From Gekko japonicus (taxonomy: Eukaryota): a DNA stretch of 64,000 bases. Shown piece by piece: positions 47,721-62,037 of this stretch (positions are counted from its first letter, which is position 1; every line of letters starts with the position of its first letter). The stretch covers positions 900,205 to 964,204 of the forward strand of contig NW_015173679.1 of the NCBI RefSeq assembly GCF_001447785.1, in the 5' to 3' direction. The position numbers and the translations under genes are program-made. The notes under the pieces were generated by a model. It made no database searches. It saw only the letters and a program-made list of their open reading frames with translations, and was not told where the DNA came from.

Positions 47721-48265
47721 GCCTAAGCCAACCAGCCACGGCCTGCAACGCCTGGTCCAGATCTTCCAGTCTGGAGTCCGACCAGCCGCCCAACATCAGG
47801 TAGAGCTGGGTGTCATCAGCGTACTAATGACAACCCAACCCAAACCTCCTAGCCACCTAGGCAAGGGGACGCATATAGATGTTAAACAATATTGGGGAAA
47901 GCACAGTGCCCTGAGGCACCCCACACTCAAGTGGGCATCTCCCGGACCGCTGTTCCCCTAGCGCCACCCTTTGTCCCCAACCCTGGAGAAAAGAGACAAG
48001 CCCCTGTAAGGCAAGCCCCTGTATCCCCGCGTTGGCAAGACAGCGGGTGAGCAGCTGGTGATCGACCATGTCGAACTCAGCCGACAGGTCAAGCAGCAGT
48101 AGCAGCACCGCCGAACCGCCTTGATCCAAGTGTCTTCAGAGGTCGTCAGTAAGAGCAACCAACCCCATCTCCATCCCGTGTCCCGGGCGAAAGCCGGACT
48201 GGAAGGGATCTAACACGGAAGCATCATCCAGAAAGCCCTGGAGCTGTGCCGCCACCACCCTCTCG
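47721..48265 (-). mobile_element. L2 RT fragment
   Basis: LDPFQSGFRPGHG, LLLDLSAEFDMVDH, GVPQGTVLSPILFNIYM, YADDTQLYL. Confidence 0.9.
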
Positions 48266-50099
48266 ATTAATTAATTTAATTCATTTAATTGATCATGTCT
48301 GTCTTTTGTTTTCTCAATGGTGTATGTCACATGTTCAAAGCTACCTCTGAGTGCTGATCATTTTTACAGTACTTTGGAAAGGTGTCCATTAAAAGCAGTG
48401 CTATTCAAACGTGAATACACACGTTCATGAACAATGTCTGTGTATAAGTATTGTGTCCAGAATTCTATGGGGACAGCTACAACAAACCCAATAATTCCTT
48501 CTAAAATTTTGTCTTCAATGATGATTAATCAGGATATGGCTATTATAGAGAACAGAATTTACTCAGACATGTGGACTGACAGTATAACATTGAGGATAAA
48601 CAACTAAATCCTTAGAGAGCACTGTGGCAAAGCATTCATTCCAAAAACACTGCTGTTCAGTTATTACCTTTCTCATCAGTGTTCCATTTTAAAACACAAT
48701 GTTGTGTCTCAGAACGGAAAAATGGGTTTCTTTCCAGGAAACATTTCACTGAGATTTAAATGCTGCTAGGGTACATCTCAATTATTTTGTTTATCCCTTT
48801 TGAAAGGCTCTATATTTCAGACTATTGAGAGGACACACTGTATATTTTAAATTACTGTTGGAGGTTAGGTAAAGGTCACTAACTGTATATAAAGTCATAG
48901 GACATACCATTTAAACTGGTAAAGTGGCACTATAAAAATGGATCCTTCAGGCAAACATAGCAAACATTTCAAGGCCTTTGTAATTTTGATAGCTCACTCC
49001 AGAACACACTTGACTTCAAAGATCTGAAAATCACAGAACAGGCCTGCCAAGCCCCTGAACAGGGCTGGGGATTCCTGCTTCCATCACCTGCTGCAGCAAC
49101 GTGGGGGGGGGGGAGAATCTCACAACACAAGCATTGCAAGCATGTTGACATTTTTTCCCCTTGTAGGTATTTATTTATTTATTTATTTGGCTTCTATCCC
49201 TCCCTCCCTCCCTGCCGTAGCAGGCTCAGGGCGGCTCACATCATTATTACTGGTAAAACAACTTCTCAATTAAAATTGTCTCAATAAATTGTCTAAAAAC
49301 AGTACATAAAGTGCTAGCAACAGCATACAAAATGGCTGGAGTCCACAATCAATTAGCGCATGGTCTGGGTCATATCAGCGAAGCACAGGCTATTCACTGA
49401 TATTAATGATATCATTGATGTTATTACAATATTGAGTGGTTGTCCTGAAGTAGCTGTCCTACAGGAGTGGTTGTTCTGAACTACTAAGCAAGGAAAGGGA
49501 GCCCATCCTCAGAGTGTGATTTAGTGCAAATAGCTTGTGTTTTTTCCTGACTACTGCAGTATGCAGTTACAGTATTCTGGCTTAACAACAGTTTCTCCCT
49601 CCACAGTTGCTAGCAGCTCGGGACACAGGGTAAGTATGCACAGTGCAGAAAGGGGAGGGAGCCCTTGGAGATATGCCAGTGTGACATCATTACACCACTG
49701 GCACAAAACTGGGCTGAGAAACCCCATTTGCAGGTGTGGGAGCAAAACCACAATCCTGGGTGAAGGCCAGACTCTGCACCCCAGGTCTTTGCTACTGCTG
49801 GTCAAACAGTTGTAGTCCTGTCTGCCTTGCAGAATCGGAGCTCTGTGAACAGGACAGTCAGAAGCTGCAGAGAGTTTTAATGCTTCTCCCCACAGAGCTG
49901 GGGAAATATTGGCTCAGTTATTTCACCTTCTCTCTAATCATGTGAATCACAAAGTGTGGATAACACAAAAGGGTGGGTATGGTAAGAATGTCTAAGTGGT
50001 GCCACTTGTGTTGCCAGAAATGCTGAATATATGTGTAGAACTCTGTTCCCACATGCATGCCTAGATTTCTGTGTCAAGTGATCTTTTGTCTGTGCTTGA

Positions 50100-51107
50100 A
50101 ATGAACGCAAACTGGGGCAGTACCTCAGGGAGGGATAAGAATGGCAGGCAGTGAGGGAGACAATACTTATTAGTTTAATCTTTACTGAACATGTAAAATT
50201 AATGGAAGGAAAAGTAAGAAATGCAGGTAAATTGAAACAGCAATAAAAATACTAAATTGGGGAAACACTGAAATGCAAATAACCAGATGGCAAATAAAAA
50301 TCACATAAGGGTTTGGGGAATAAGCAACAACAAGCAAATTAGTTAATTCCTAGTAGAAGCTGTCACAGTTATGCTAGTTAACTTCAGGCTAGTCCAGAAA
50401 GTCAGAACACACCCTCAGTGTTTTTATAAGTATACACTGTCCCCAGAAAGGGGCAGAAGATACAGCTTCTCTCTGAGCTGTGCATCAATGAAGGGATGAG
50501 GCTTCAAGAGAAGAAAGAGTGAGAGGCTTAGAGAAGACAAGCAGAAAGTTTCACATATTGACTGGTCTTGAAATCTGCAATCAGTTGAAGGAGTCCCAAA
50601 TTAGTGGTGGAGGGGGGAGTTCAGGTGGAAGGAGGGAGTCTCTGTCCAATGATTTCAGGGCTGAAAGAGCAGTCATTGGGGTTCAAATTGACTCTAATCT
50701 CTCCTTTACTAGGATGCTGGTTTTATCCTATTTTCCTTTGGGCCTTTACTACTGGGACCAAACCTTTTTAGTGGCATTTTGTGAACCTTTCTCTCATTGG
50801 GCCATTCTTCCAGAATTTTTTCTGTGACTGAAGAGTTTTGGGTGCTCTCTGATTGGGGGAATTTCAGAATCATGGCAGTTTTTAGTTGGTTTGGATTTTT
50901 GTGAAGGTAAAGCAGAATATGGCCAAAAGTGATCATAAGAGAGGAGGGAGGAGTGATGGGTACCAGCTGATGCAATGGGGAAAAAATGGGATGACTGAAT
51001 CTCCTAAGTGTGATGATTGAGCAAGTCTAATTAACAGAAGCTAGAATAGGGCTGATGGTCCTGGCTCCCTTCATGATTGGGTCTCTAGGAAAGGCTGTAT
51101 TGTAACA
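50100..51107. mobile_element. Probable old solo LTR
   Basis: Ends ..TGTAACA and is organised like 45645-46676; left end and TSD not resolved. Confidence 0.4.
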
Positions 51108-51129
51108 CAGATTCCTGGATGGTCCTCTC

Positions 51130-51737
51130 GGTGTGTGTTACATGCTGTCAAATCATTTCCAACTTATGGCAACCGTATGCATTCATCACCTACGAAACAT
51201 CCTACAGTTGACAGCATTGCTTGGTTTTGCAAACTGAAGGCCATTATTTCCTTTATTGAGTCAATCCATCTCATGTTAGGGTCTTCCTCTTCCTGCTGCT
51301 TTCAATTTTTGTAGCATTTTCCAGTGAGTCTTGCTTTCTCATGATGTGACCAAAGTACAATAGCCTCAAGTTTGGTCATGTTTGCTTCTAGGGAGTGTTC
51401 AGGCTTGATTTGATCTAGAACCCACTTATCTGTCTTTTTGACAGCCCAGGGTATCTGTATAATTCTGCTTCAACATCACATTTCAAATTAATCAGTTTTC
51501 TTCTGGTTGGTGTTCTTCATTTTCCAACTTTCACATCAATAGATAGCAATGGAGAATATCATCATATGAATTGTCTTGATCTTGGTCTCCAGCAATGCTT
51601 CCTTACACTTAAGGATCCCTTCTAGGTCCTTCATGACTGCTCTTCTAGGTCTCAGTCTCCTTCTGATTTCTTGGTTGCAGTCTCCATTATGGTAGAAGAA
51701 TGAGCCAAGGAACAGAAACTCTTTAACAATGTTCCAC
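51130..51737 (-). mobile_element. Old RTE-clade LINE 3' portion
   Basis: FLFLGS..GDCNQEIRRRL..AVMKDL..ETKIK, homologous to the BovB C-terminus. Confidence 0.8.
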
Positions 51738-53099
51738 AAATGTGGCTCGCATGTCCCCAGACCCAGAAAAGAACAAAACGAGTGAAGTGCCAGTGAGGAG
51801 AAAAGTTCTTAATTATGTATTCCAACAAATAGGAAAACTGCAAAGCAACAAAGTGCCCGCCAAAAATAACTGTTTTCTAACTTTAAGAAGGAAGAACATA
51901 AGGTTTTATACTCAAAATGACATAAGCAAAATGATAACATACAGAAATCTTCACTGGTTACAGGTAAGAAGACGTCATTTGAGTAGGCATACATTCATTT
52001 ATCAGTTACAATAAGAAGTGTAGCTACATCATATCTCAGTTATTTACTTGACATAGAACAGAGGTCTTCTTCAACTTCTTCAACTTTAACCAAGGACCCT
52101 TCATACCCAAGCAAAAAGTATCATCCTTAAGGATAAGTAGTCTCACTATTGTGTCTACTGTGTTGCCATGAAGCAGTTCCAGATTGTGCTATTAAAGAGA
52201 CTCTTTGCTACCAATGCCATGCTGGACTATGGACTGTATACTGTGGCCAGGGCAGCCTGGTGCCACAGACGCATGCCATACCAGATCTGGACCCAGGACT
52301 ACAGAGGACTTCCGCCCATGCCAAATATGTATCTGCACAAGCACTGTGAGGCAGACCCGGTCGCCATGAACACAGACATAGCAGCAGACCAGAGAGAAGC
52401 CATGTTCTGGCAGAGGCCAGATGTTCCTGCACAGAAGCCATAAAGGGATTGCTTTTCCATCACGCAGCACATTCCTTCTCCACCGGAGTCATCCTCAAAG
52501 ACTATTGCCCAGCCAGAAACAAAAGATGCTCTGGAGCCATCCTGCCACCGATGCAGATTATGCCCATGACAAGCATTGAATCGTTAAAGTGATTGCACTT
52601 TCTTTCCCCCTTCCCGTTTCACCCCTTCCCCAAGAAGTGTCAATCCCTTGCGCACATCAACCGTTCATTGTCCAGTGGTCGTTTTTTTATCCTATCCATA
52701 CTAAGGTATTGTTTTTAGGGACCACTCCACATGTGTCGCTGGCTGACTCACGACCCACTCCCTCTCTCATTTTATTAACTTTTTGCTGCACAGTCTACTC
52801 ATCTTGCCGGACAGGTAACGTATCACCCACCAACAATATTCCTGCTAATGTAAAAGTCACTGTCTTTTCCTGCCTATTTTTCCTAGATCTGTATTGCTTG
52901 TGTATGTGTGCTAGTTATTATTGTATGCTTGGTAATTCTTAAGTAAAAGACCAGTTATCACGTCAACCTAGTCTTGTCTATCCACGGTCTCTGGGAATTC
53001 TGACTCTGGTATACACAGGTTATGTTCCTGTGCGATATGCCAGTTGCCCTTTAATATCATAATTCCCATAAGCTTGATAAAGACATAAGGCAATTCGGC

Positions 53100-53945
53100 T
53101 AACTACTGGCAAACTTAAAGTGGACAACGTTGTCAATTAATTTATCCCATGATGATACAAATGAGTCGTTACGAATAAGAGGTAATAAACTGTGTCCCAG
53201 TTCAGATTTGAGAGTCTTAATGTGATAAAATATCTGATCCATGCCATTGCCTCCAAAGAAATTTGACCTAACTCTGCCTGTAAGAAAAGCCCAGAGATGC
53301 ATTTAGGGGTGCCTAAAATCATACATAAGAAGTGTAATAGCGGCTTAGCAAACTGATCAGATAGAGCCTCAATCCCTTTAGTCCAAATGGGTGCACCATA
53401 TAGTAACAGTGCTTCCATCTTTGCCACACAGGCCACAGTGGCTGCTGGAATGTACTGTCCTCCACCTGTAAAAAAGAAATGTGAAATGGATACAGCTGAT
53501 TGAATTGCCCGTTTGGTGGAATGTGAAATATGAGGGTGCCATGAAATACAAGAATGAATTGGGATCCCCAGATATTGGGAGACAAGCTTGATTGGTCTTC
53601 TGTTTTCCAATTATATAAGCACTGGATGCATTGAAATATCAAAACTTTAGTTTTATTATAGTTTATAGAAAGTTTCTCCTCTTGACAATAGAAGGAAAAA
53701 ACCTTCAGTATTTTTCTGAGGCAAATAATTGATCTTGACAGGAGCACTGTATTGTCTACATACAACAGAACTGGTATATTTTGGTTGTTCGATGATGGAC
53801 AATAAAAACTGGGATCCAAGAGATGCTTCTTCAGATCATATAAATACAGACTGAATAACTGAGGAGCAAGAACACAGCCCTGCTTAACTCCATGTTGCAG
53901 TGGAATTTTGTCTGATAGCTCTCCTTTTTCCCCACACCAAATACT
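53100..53945 (-). mobile_element. RTE-X (L4-like) LINE RT fragment
   Basis: GVKQGCVLAPQLFSLYL, IPVLLYVDNTVLLSRS (YADD variant), LSINYNKTK, LLYGAPIW, LQAELG. Confidence 0.7.
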
Positions 53946-56900
53946 GTTGGCTTAACAAAATTATACGAGTTGCTCTCCTGCTTCATTTAGTAATCCTAGT
54001 CCATGTTTCCTGACAATATTTGATTCTGCTTTATTTTCTACTTTTGGATGCTCCTGGAAAGTGGATTATTGTTCTGCAAACCTCAATAGTTTATTATGGC
54101 CTGAACTCTGATGAGCCCTCAGAAAGCCACAACATATAAATATTCACAGGGGAGTATCCAGGCCCCCAGGAAAAACTGCTTATTTATTCATTAGTTTAGT
54201 GCACTGACTGCTTGTAGCATGATCAGCTTTAATATCAAACATGAAGTCTCTCTTGCCATCCCAGACAGCATATGTCCTGAGAAGTCATGAAGGTGACCCC
54301 AAAACATGGCCCCTGACCCAGGGCTGTGTTCAGGGTTATACTACCATAATTGTACAAACATGCATTATGCCTGAGCACATATGCTTACTACTGTCATTAG
54401 GGACATTTTACTGTCTCTGTATCTCTCTCGGTTCTTTCTAGGCAGTGCTCCAACAGAAAAGGATGGACCCCAGTCATAGTACAATGACAATTGTGAGTGA
54501 GGTCTACAGCAAGACCGACGGCTGCAGTACTAGTGTTCACCTAGCTGTTTTGTCATGTGTTTGCTCATTCTCTTCTAGCAGAGTTCTTGCAGAACTGAAA
54601 GGTGTTCAACAAACAGCTGTTTGGCCAGTGAATATGTACCTATGCAAATACAGAGAAATTCTACCAGTTGTTCTGTTGTTTGTCATTGCCACTGCTAAAG
54701 GCACAGGAGCCTGCTTGAACAAGAGAGCTGGCACCTCCATTCATCTGACTTGCTTACAGAACTCGATTCCTGAACAACAAATGTTTGGGTTATTTCATAG
54801 CTGTGTTCTGTTAATAGGGCTTGGCACATTAGAATCTACTTCTACTACATGCTTGTTACTACCTTACACTGTCTTCAAAAATGCTGCTCTCATGAGGAGG
54901 GAACTATGTGTGCATTTTCATCCCACCCTTTCTCCAAGGAGCTCAGATTAGAAAAAAACATGGCTCTCCCCATTTTATCCTCATAATATCCCTGTGAGGT
55001 AGGTGTGTCTGAAACAGTGTACCTATCCAAGGGAGCTCATGGAAGAGCGGAAATTTGATCCTAGGTCTCCCAAATCCTAATCTGACAATCCACTACACCA
55101 CACTCTTTGGACAGCTCTGCTCTAGCAGTGGACAGGTTTCTCAGGGTCACAATCCCCCAGATCTTTGTGGATACAAATAAATCATGAAACAGGCTGTATG
55201 GCATAGAAGGGAGATGGAGAACAAAACCTGCTGGCTTGGGAATCAGCTTCATAAATCCGGGCGGGGAGGGGGTGCTAGCTAGACAGGAGGAATGCTAAGC
55301 AAAATGAGTGGAGTCTGAGAAAGCCAAGCAAAATGAGCTGCTCATTCTCAGTGACTGGATTTGACAAGATGTATAGGGGTCCTCCCAGGCGACCTAGTAG
55401 CCAAGGCAAAGCTTGACTGGAATATTAGACCTGCAGTTTCCCACCATGCTCATGCTTTCACTTCAGTCTTTCTGGTCCTGTTTTTGTAATCAGGACCAAA
55501 TGCCCCGTGATGTATCCTTTTTCTATGTGTTCAGTTAGCTGCATGGTTGAAGGAATGCTGTGCCTTGGGTAAAGGCTTGCCAACTCCTTCTGTTTTGTGT
55601 CTGTCAGGATAGCCGCTGACCAAAAGGTTAGTTTTGCCTTATTCTCATCTTTTCAGTCACTAGAGCTCAAGCTCTAATTTATTCCCAACAGTTTTGGGGG
55701 GGAAGGATGCCTTCTGTGGATGTACTGGTGTCTCTGTTCTTTTTGTGTTGCAAAAACTTCTCCAATGTGCATGATTCCCTGAATGAAACCTAAACCCTTG
55801 TCTAAGAAAAACTGAGGGGTTTTTTTTTGGGGGGGGGTCCTCATTCCAAGTCAGCTGTGGAGGTGGTTGGATGATCTGCTTGAATTGCCCATTCCTCCTT
55901 TCCTTTGTGTCCACTTGTCACAAAAGTAGCTGTTTGTGGAAGGGGATTTGAACCCCCATGTACTGAGATCCCCAGATGATAATAGTCACAAAGCTTCTGC
56001 TAGGCACATTGTAATCATACCGTTTAGGGCACTGAGCTATTCCCCCCCCCATCTGTTTTGTCAATAGGGGGCTGGGCATAGTGATGTCAGAGAGGTGTGC
56101 TAGTGTTACCATGCATTGATTGACTCCTTCCACACATGGCAGATATATGGCCATCATTACCATGCCAACCCAAGATTAGTGGATGTCACAGTGTCATTAT
56201 GGACTCCTGTGCTGTTCCTATGCTCTCAGTACCTTAGTGATGCAACACTTGCAGTTTCTTCTGGCGGGAGAGCACAGGAACGGCTACACTGTCAAAGCAC
56301 CAGTTTGGTGATGGCATGACAGGATTTTAGGACAGCGCTGCTAACTGCTTACAGCAAGTCTGGGCTCTTCACTTCTATTATGTGGGGACAAGTGTTAGTA
56401 GTGCTAGATTACCCATCCTCTCTTGCTCTTGTTTAGGAGTTTTTATTGAATTATTTTATAATTTTAAATGTTTTTAATTGCTCAAATGTTTTAATATTTT
56501 TATGTGTGCTGCCTTGGGGAACCTGATTGGGTGGAAAGGTGGCATAAAATGTTTTAAATAAATAAATAGATTTGTAACCAGCAAAACGGTGAACCTCTTG
56601 ACTGGGTAGAAATCCTGTCTTGCATGTTCCTCAGTTAAACAACTTCTCAGAGTAACAAAGAAAGTTGAACCTTGCATCGTATAAGTGACAGTTTCCATTT
56701 TAAAAACCTGTGTAATTTCTATAATATAATTACATGATAGCTGTCAAAACAAATTATTAAACTGCCAGTAATTTCTAGAAATTGAAATAGACACTCTTTT
56801 GGCTACAACATCATGCCTTCATCCAAGGAAAACAGTCGATTCAGGTTATGTAAGCACTAAAAATAAATGTTGTATAAGCACAACTTTAAAGATTTTTTTT

Positions 56901-58081
56901 AAAGCAATAATTAAGCAGATTTCATGAGGACTGAGGTGGCCAAAACCAACATCTACTACAGCTCAAAACTGTGAAGTCATTTCTTGTATTATAATCCAAA
57001 GGTTGGCCATCTGTAGAGACAAAACAACCTTCAGATGGATTAATTTAATAAATATTGACAATACAAAAGTCTCAGCTCCTAATGCAATTCTCCATTACAA
57101 GAATAATGAAATCCATCCCAGTTAATTTACTTTATACAAGTAACCGTTCCTTTCAGACAACAGAACATTTCTAGAAGACAATAGATTCAAAAGAGAAAAT
57201 GAGAAAATGTTGTAGAGATATTGACTAAAATTACTCTAGCATATAATCAGTGCAAACAGTGGCCTATCCTAAACAACATGAGGCTGGCAACCTGCAGGAA
57301 ACTATCCTGAGGGGGGGGGGGGGACTTGCCGGCAGTGTAAAAATGTCATTTCTAGCATGACAGAAGTGATATCATCACATTGCCAATGATACTGTAGAAT
57401 TTGGCAAAAACTCTGTGGTTTAACCAGAAGTGATGTCTCACCAGGACTCTGCCAATCATCCCCATTTTTGTTTCATCACCCAGCTTAGTAGCAATTGAAA
57501 CAGCCAACCCGGGGTGGGGGCAGGAGGTCTTCCACCACAAAGTGAGACCCAGCAACCCTGGCCTTGGCTGATAGGCCTGCACTTGCCTACAGCCAGCTCA
57601 TAAACTAAAATGACAACTCACCACTAACAATGAATAATCAAAGAGATGTAAACCTGAGCTCTGCAACTGACCCAGTTCCCCATGCCCATTCAGGTAACCC
57701 TCCCGTGTGGGATATGCCACCATCTGCAAGGGTGGGGGTGAGTGGAGTGCTAAGGGGGGTAGGTGGGGAGAGCTGCAGCGGTGAGGGTGAGTGAAGTACC
57801 GGGGTGGTAGGTAGGTAGGGAAATCAGCAAGGGTTGCGTAGACTGATGAAGGAAATGCGGGGGGAGGAACAAAAAAGATGAGGGATGGATTGACAGATAA
57901 GGAGAATGGGAGAAAGGAGTGAAATAGGGGGCAGGTTGACAGATAAAGGGAATGGGAGAAAGCGGGGGGAAGCGGGTAGGTTATCACAGAAGGTGGGTAG
58001 ATTGACAGAGAAGGGATGAGGGAGTAAAAGAGATGGGGATAAGCAGATGAGGGAAATGGTAGAAAGAGGGGGAAGATTGAT

Positions 58082-58492
58082 AGGACATAAGAGAAGCCAA
58101 TGTTGGATCAGGCCAAAGGCCCATCCAGTCCAACACTCTGTCACATAGTGGCCAAAAATACCAGATGCCATCAGCAGGTCCAACCAGTGGGGTCAGGACA
58201 CTAGAAGCCCTCCCACTATTCCCCCCCACACACACACCAAGAATACAGAGCATCACTTGCCCCAGACCAAGAGTTCCTATCTATACCTTGTGGCTAATAG
58301 CCACTGATGGACCTCTGCTCCATATGCTTATCCAATTTCTTCTTGAAGCCGTCCATGCTTGTAGCCGCTGCCACCTCCTGTGGCAGTGAATTCCATGGGT
58401 TAATCACTCTTTGGGTGAAGAAGTACTTCCTTTTATCCATTCTAACCTGACTGCTCAGCAATTTCATTGAGTGCCCATAAGGTCTTGTATTG
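58082..58492 (-). mobile_element. CR1 3' end
   Basis: Nearly identical to 36960-37365. Confidence 0.92.
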
Positions 58493-59618
58493 AAAGAGGA
58501 AGAGGGAAGGAAGCAAAGAGGGGGAAGGGATTCATAGTCTCTGCAAGTTTCTTGCGTGTCCCCACTTGTTCCAAATTATTGCTGTTGTGAGTGGATCACT
58601 TTTTATCTTACATAGATGCATAAGATGTAGTCCATGAACACTTATGTCACAAAGCGCTATTCTTTAAGATGCTACAGTTCTTGTTTTTTCTGCAACCAGG
58701 CTACCACAACGTCAATATAGCGAAGAAATAAATGATTCAAGTGTTGCTAGATTTCCTTGTGCAACAGTGAGGTAATGGACATGGCTAACATGACTATAGG
58801 TCCTACATGATGATCAAAATGTCTATTCAAAATGATTGATGTGATGGCTATAGAAGTTATATTTTTTGTATAAAGTCAGAAAAAGAAGAGCATAATCCTG
58901 TATCAAAATATTAAGATTACTTGCTCTGACTGGTACAAGGTAACAGAAGAGCACACTAAAAGACAAATACCACATGCTTTACTATTTTGTACCAGAAACA
59001 CTATAAAAATAATCTCCCACCAATGCAATAATATTGTGCTTAGCATTAGGCTTCATGCAACATCACAAGCCACTAAACCTTCACAAATAGGATTCTATTC
59101 TTGGCCACTACAGCTTTCCAATGTTGTTCTGCAAAAAAGAAAGAAAGAAAGAAACAGAGATAATTTTAGATCAGCCCACAAGAGCTTTTGCTGAAGCTAA
59201 GCTTTCTTGGCCACCCAAAAACAAGCTGAAGAAATGGAACTGATCTTCATTCTTGGCCAGAATATCATATTTGCCCATCAAGTTACATAGCAGGGCTGGC
59301 TGCTATTGTGTTCCAAGGGAAAAAAAAAGTGCATTCTGAAAGCATTCTTCTGAGAACATTCTGAAAGCATAGTAGTTTCTTGTGAATCCCACATCAACAG
59401 CTTATTTATTACTTGTATTTAAGAATAATCTTTTTACCCAAACTGATGCATAATAAAAACACTAGGAAAACACATTTTGAACTGGACCTTAAAAACTCTT
59501 GTTTATTTAAGGTTATTTATAGTCCTCCTTTCTCACATGAACTCAAGGTGGATTACACATAGTGAGTCAGTACAATCAACAAAATGAGATATTCAATAAC
59601 TGATGCATTAGGATATTA

Positions 59619-59832
59619 GAGAGCCAGCATGGTGTAGTGGTTAAGAGTGGCAGACTCTAATCTGGAGAACCGGGTTTGATTCCCCACTCCTCCACATGCA
59701 GCTGCTGGTGTGACCTTGAGTCAGTCACAGTTCAGTCACAAGGTGACTTATGTAGAGAGGAAGGGAAGGTGATTGTAAGCTGCTTTGAGACTCCTTAGAA
59801 AAGTGGGATATAAAAACCAGCTCTTCTTCTTC
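59619..59832 (+). mobile_element. Squam3-like SINE (short form)
   Basis: gagagccagcatggtgtagtggttaagag..ggtttgattcc..(ctt)n. Confidence 0.8.
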
Positions 59833-61084
59833 TAGAAAACTGGAACCACCAGAAAGGAGCATAGCATAAGTATTAACATGACACATTAAGCAGTACTGAA
59901 ATTACATAATAGGATCTACAGGGGTCATTTCCTCCAGGAGCACCCAGGAGAGGAGCTCCGGCACTAAAGAGCCCAGGGGGCAGGCACATGGAACAAGCCC
60001 CACCCCCTGCTCCCAGCAGCCCCGGGCCATGAGGAGCATGAGGATCTGCTGTTCTGGCAGTAACAAGCCCAGGAACAGCAATGGGTGCTCAGGCCGCAGG
60101 AATCCCTCACAACCACTTTGGGTATCAAGACAAGATCTTGCCACTGTGGTGCATGCCCTGGTTACATCTAGATTAAATTACTGCAGTGCACTCTATGGGG
60201 GGCTGTGCTTGAGAAGTGTTCACAAACTTTGGGGCCCCATCATTGGATGGGGGCACCTCATTTTGAGGCCTATAGAATTGGACCCCCGGTCCAATCTTTT
60301 TTAAACTTGGGGGGGGGGGCTTTGAAGAGAGGCACCAGCAGCTATGCTGCAAATATGGTGCTGCTACCTCAAAAAACAGCCGCCCCAGAGCCCCAGGTAC
60401 CCCGGATCAATTCTCCATTATAGCCTATGAGGCCCATCAACTGTAATGTTCCACATAGACTATAATGGGGCAGGAAAAATAGGTTTTTTGCACACCCCTA
60501 TTATACTTTTCAGTATGACTTGTATAAATACTTGAATAAATAAGTAGTTTCGGCAGGTTGATAACATATAAGCAACTTCCTGTTTGTTAGGTTAGGCAGG
60601 GTTCTGACAATGATTCTTCCACCTCTGTTATATTTGACCTGTTAGACTGTCATATTTCACTAAATAAAAACCCCAAAGTAGACTGCAAGAGTCCTCCCCA
60701 CCCCACCCAGTGCTGGTATGTTTTCTAAGGCTCAGTGCAGGGCAATGGTCCAAGGCCAGGTCTATCACTATAGTAGACTGGGGTGAGTAGACCTGTTCTG
60801 TGGAGGCCTGGTCTACCCCCATAGAGGACAATATTTTCTGTAATGAAATTTGGCTTGATTTTGTTTTCTCTTATAATGTTAAAATTATTGTTAAAATATA
60901 ATATAAATATAGTGTAAAGGAATTCATTCTGAGATTTTTACAAGGTTATGGAAACAATCTTCTAAGAAACTAATTTATGCAATAGTCGAATGTAGACTCA
61001 CTCGCAACTTTAATGCTACTAGCTTTTTTTGTTCACAAGGTAGAATTTTTGCTCTCAACACTGTGGAGCTTAGAAGAAACATCG

Positions 61085-61562
61085 CTGGTGTTGACGTTCA
61101 AACCCCTATATGGTTCAGGACCAACATATCTGGAGGACTACCTACTCCATTATGAACCTGACGACTACAGTTATCTTCAAAGGCCCTGCTTCAGGTGCCC
61201 GTGCCTTTTGAGATTAGGAAGGTGGCAACCTAGCAGAGGTCCTTCTCAGTTGTGGCACCAAAGCTCTGGAACTCTCTACTCAAGGAGTTTCATCTGTCGT
61301 TTCTTGTTGCTGTCTTCTGCCAGCAGGTGAAGACTTTTTGTGTTGTTTGGCATTCCTTCTTCCTAACCAATATTTTAATTAGTGTTTTTTATGTTTTATA
61401 TGTATTTTTACTCTGTTTTTAATTGTTTTAATTAGGTGTGTTTGGGGGTTATTTAACAGTTTTAAAAATGAGGTTTTATTATGTATATTTTAAATTGTTC
61501 GCCAGCTTGGGGGTCCTTGTGAGGGCAGAAACACAGCATACAAATTTTGTAAATAAATAAAT
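61085..61562 (+). mobile_element. L2 3' end (an upstream piece lies at about 60105-60225)
   Basis: LVLTFKPLYGSGPTYL..; AT-rich 3' UTR and (TAAA)n tail; upstream LATVVHALVTSRLNYC. Confidence 0.8.
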
Positions 61563-61635
61563 ATTCAGGTCTCAGTGCTCTTTTCAAACTTACCAAGGAG
61601 CATCAATGCTTTGTTAAAAAAATCCCTTTGTTAGT

Positions 61636-62004
61636 TGTGTGGGCCTCAAACCAGCATCTTCTTTAGCATAAGAGAGGTGGCAGTTTGGCTTCTTCAGAGT
61701 GACTCTGACTTCCTCTGATTAAACCTGGACCATATTGTAAAGTAGGCTGTAATGATTTCTTGTTTTGGTGTGTGTGTTTCTTTAAATTTTTAGTGTGACT
61801 GCAGTAATATAAGGAGAGTGATAGAGGGAGATAAGTGTGATGTGATTGGCTGATGACTGAGAGAGTGGGAGGAGTGGTGTCTATGAGGTGATTCTGTGTG
61901 TTAAGTTTAGAGTGTGAATAAGACAAACAGTTTGTCTGTGTGACTATAAGAGTTTGAGTCTATTCTGTGTGAATAAGACAAAGAGTTTAGCCTGTGTGGC
62001 TCTG

Positions 62005-62037
<33 letters not shown>

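Noticed and set aside
51742-52014. ORF containing a strong CAG|GTAAGA donor at 51963
   Set aside because: The peptide is unrecognised and has no partner exon; it cannot be supported without RNA-seq or conservation data.
54108-54130. CTGATGA...GAAA hammerhead-like string
   Set aside because: No convincing stems I-III or cleavage triplet.
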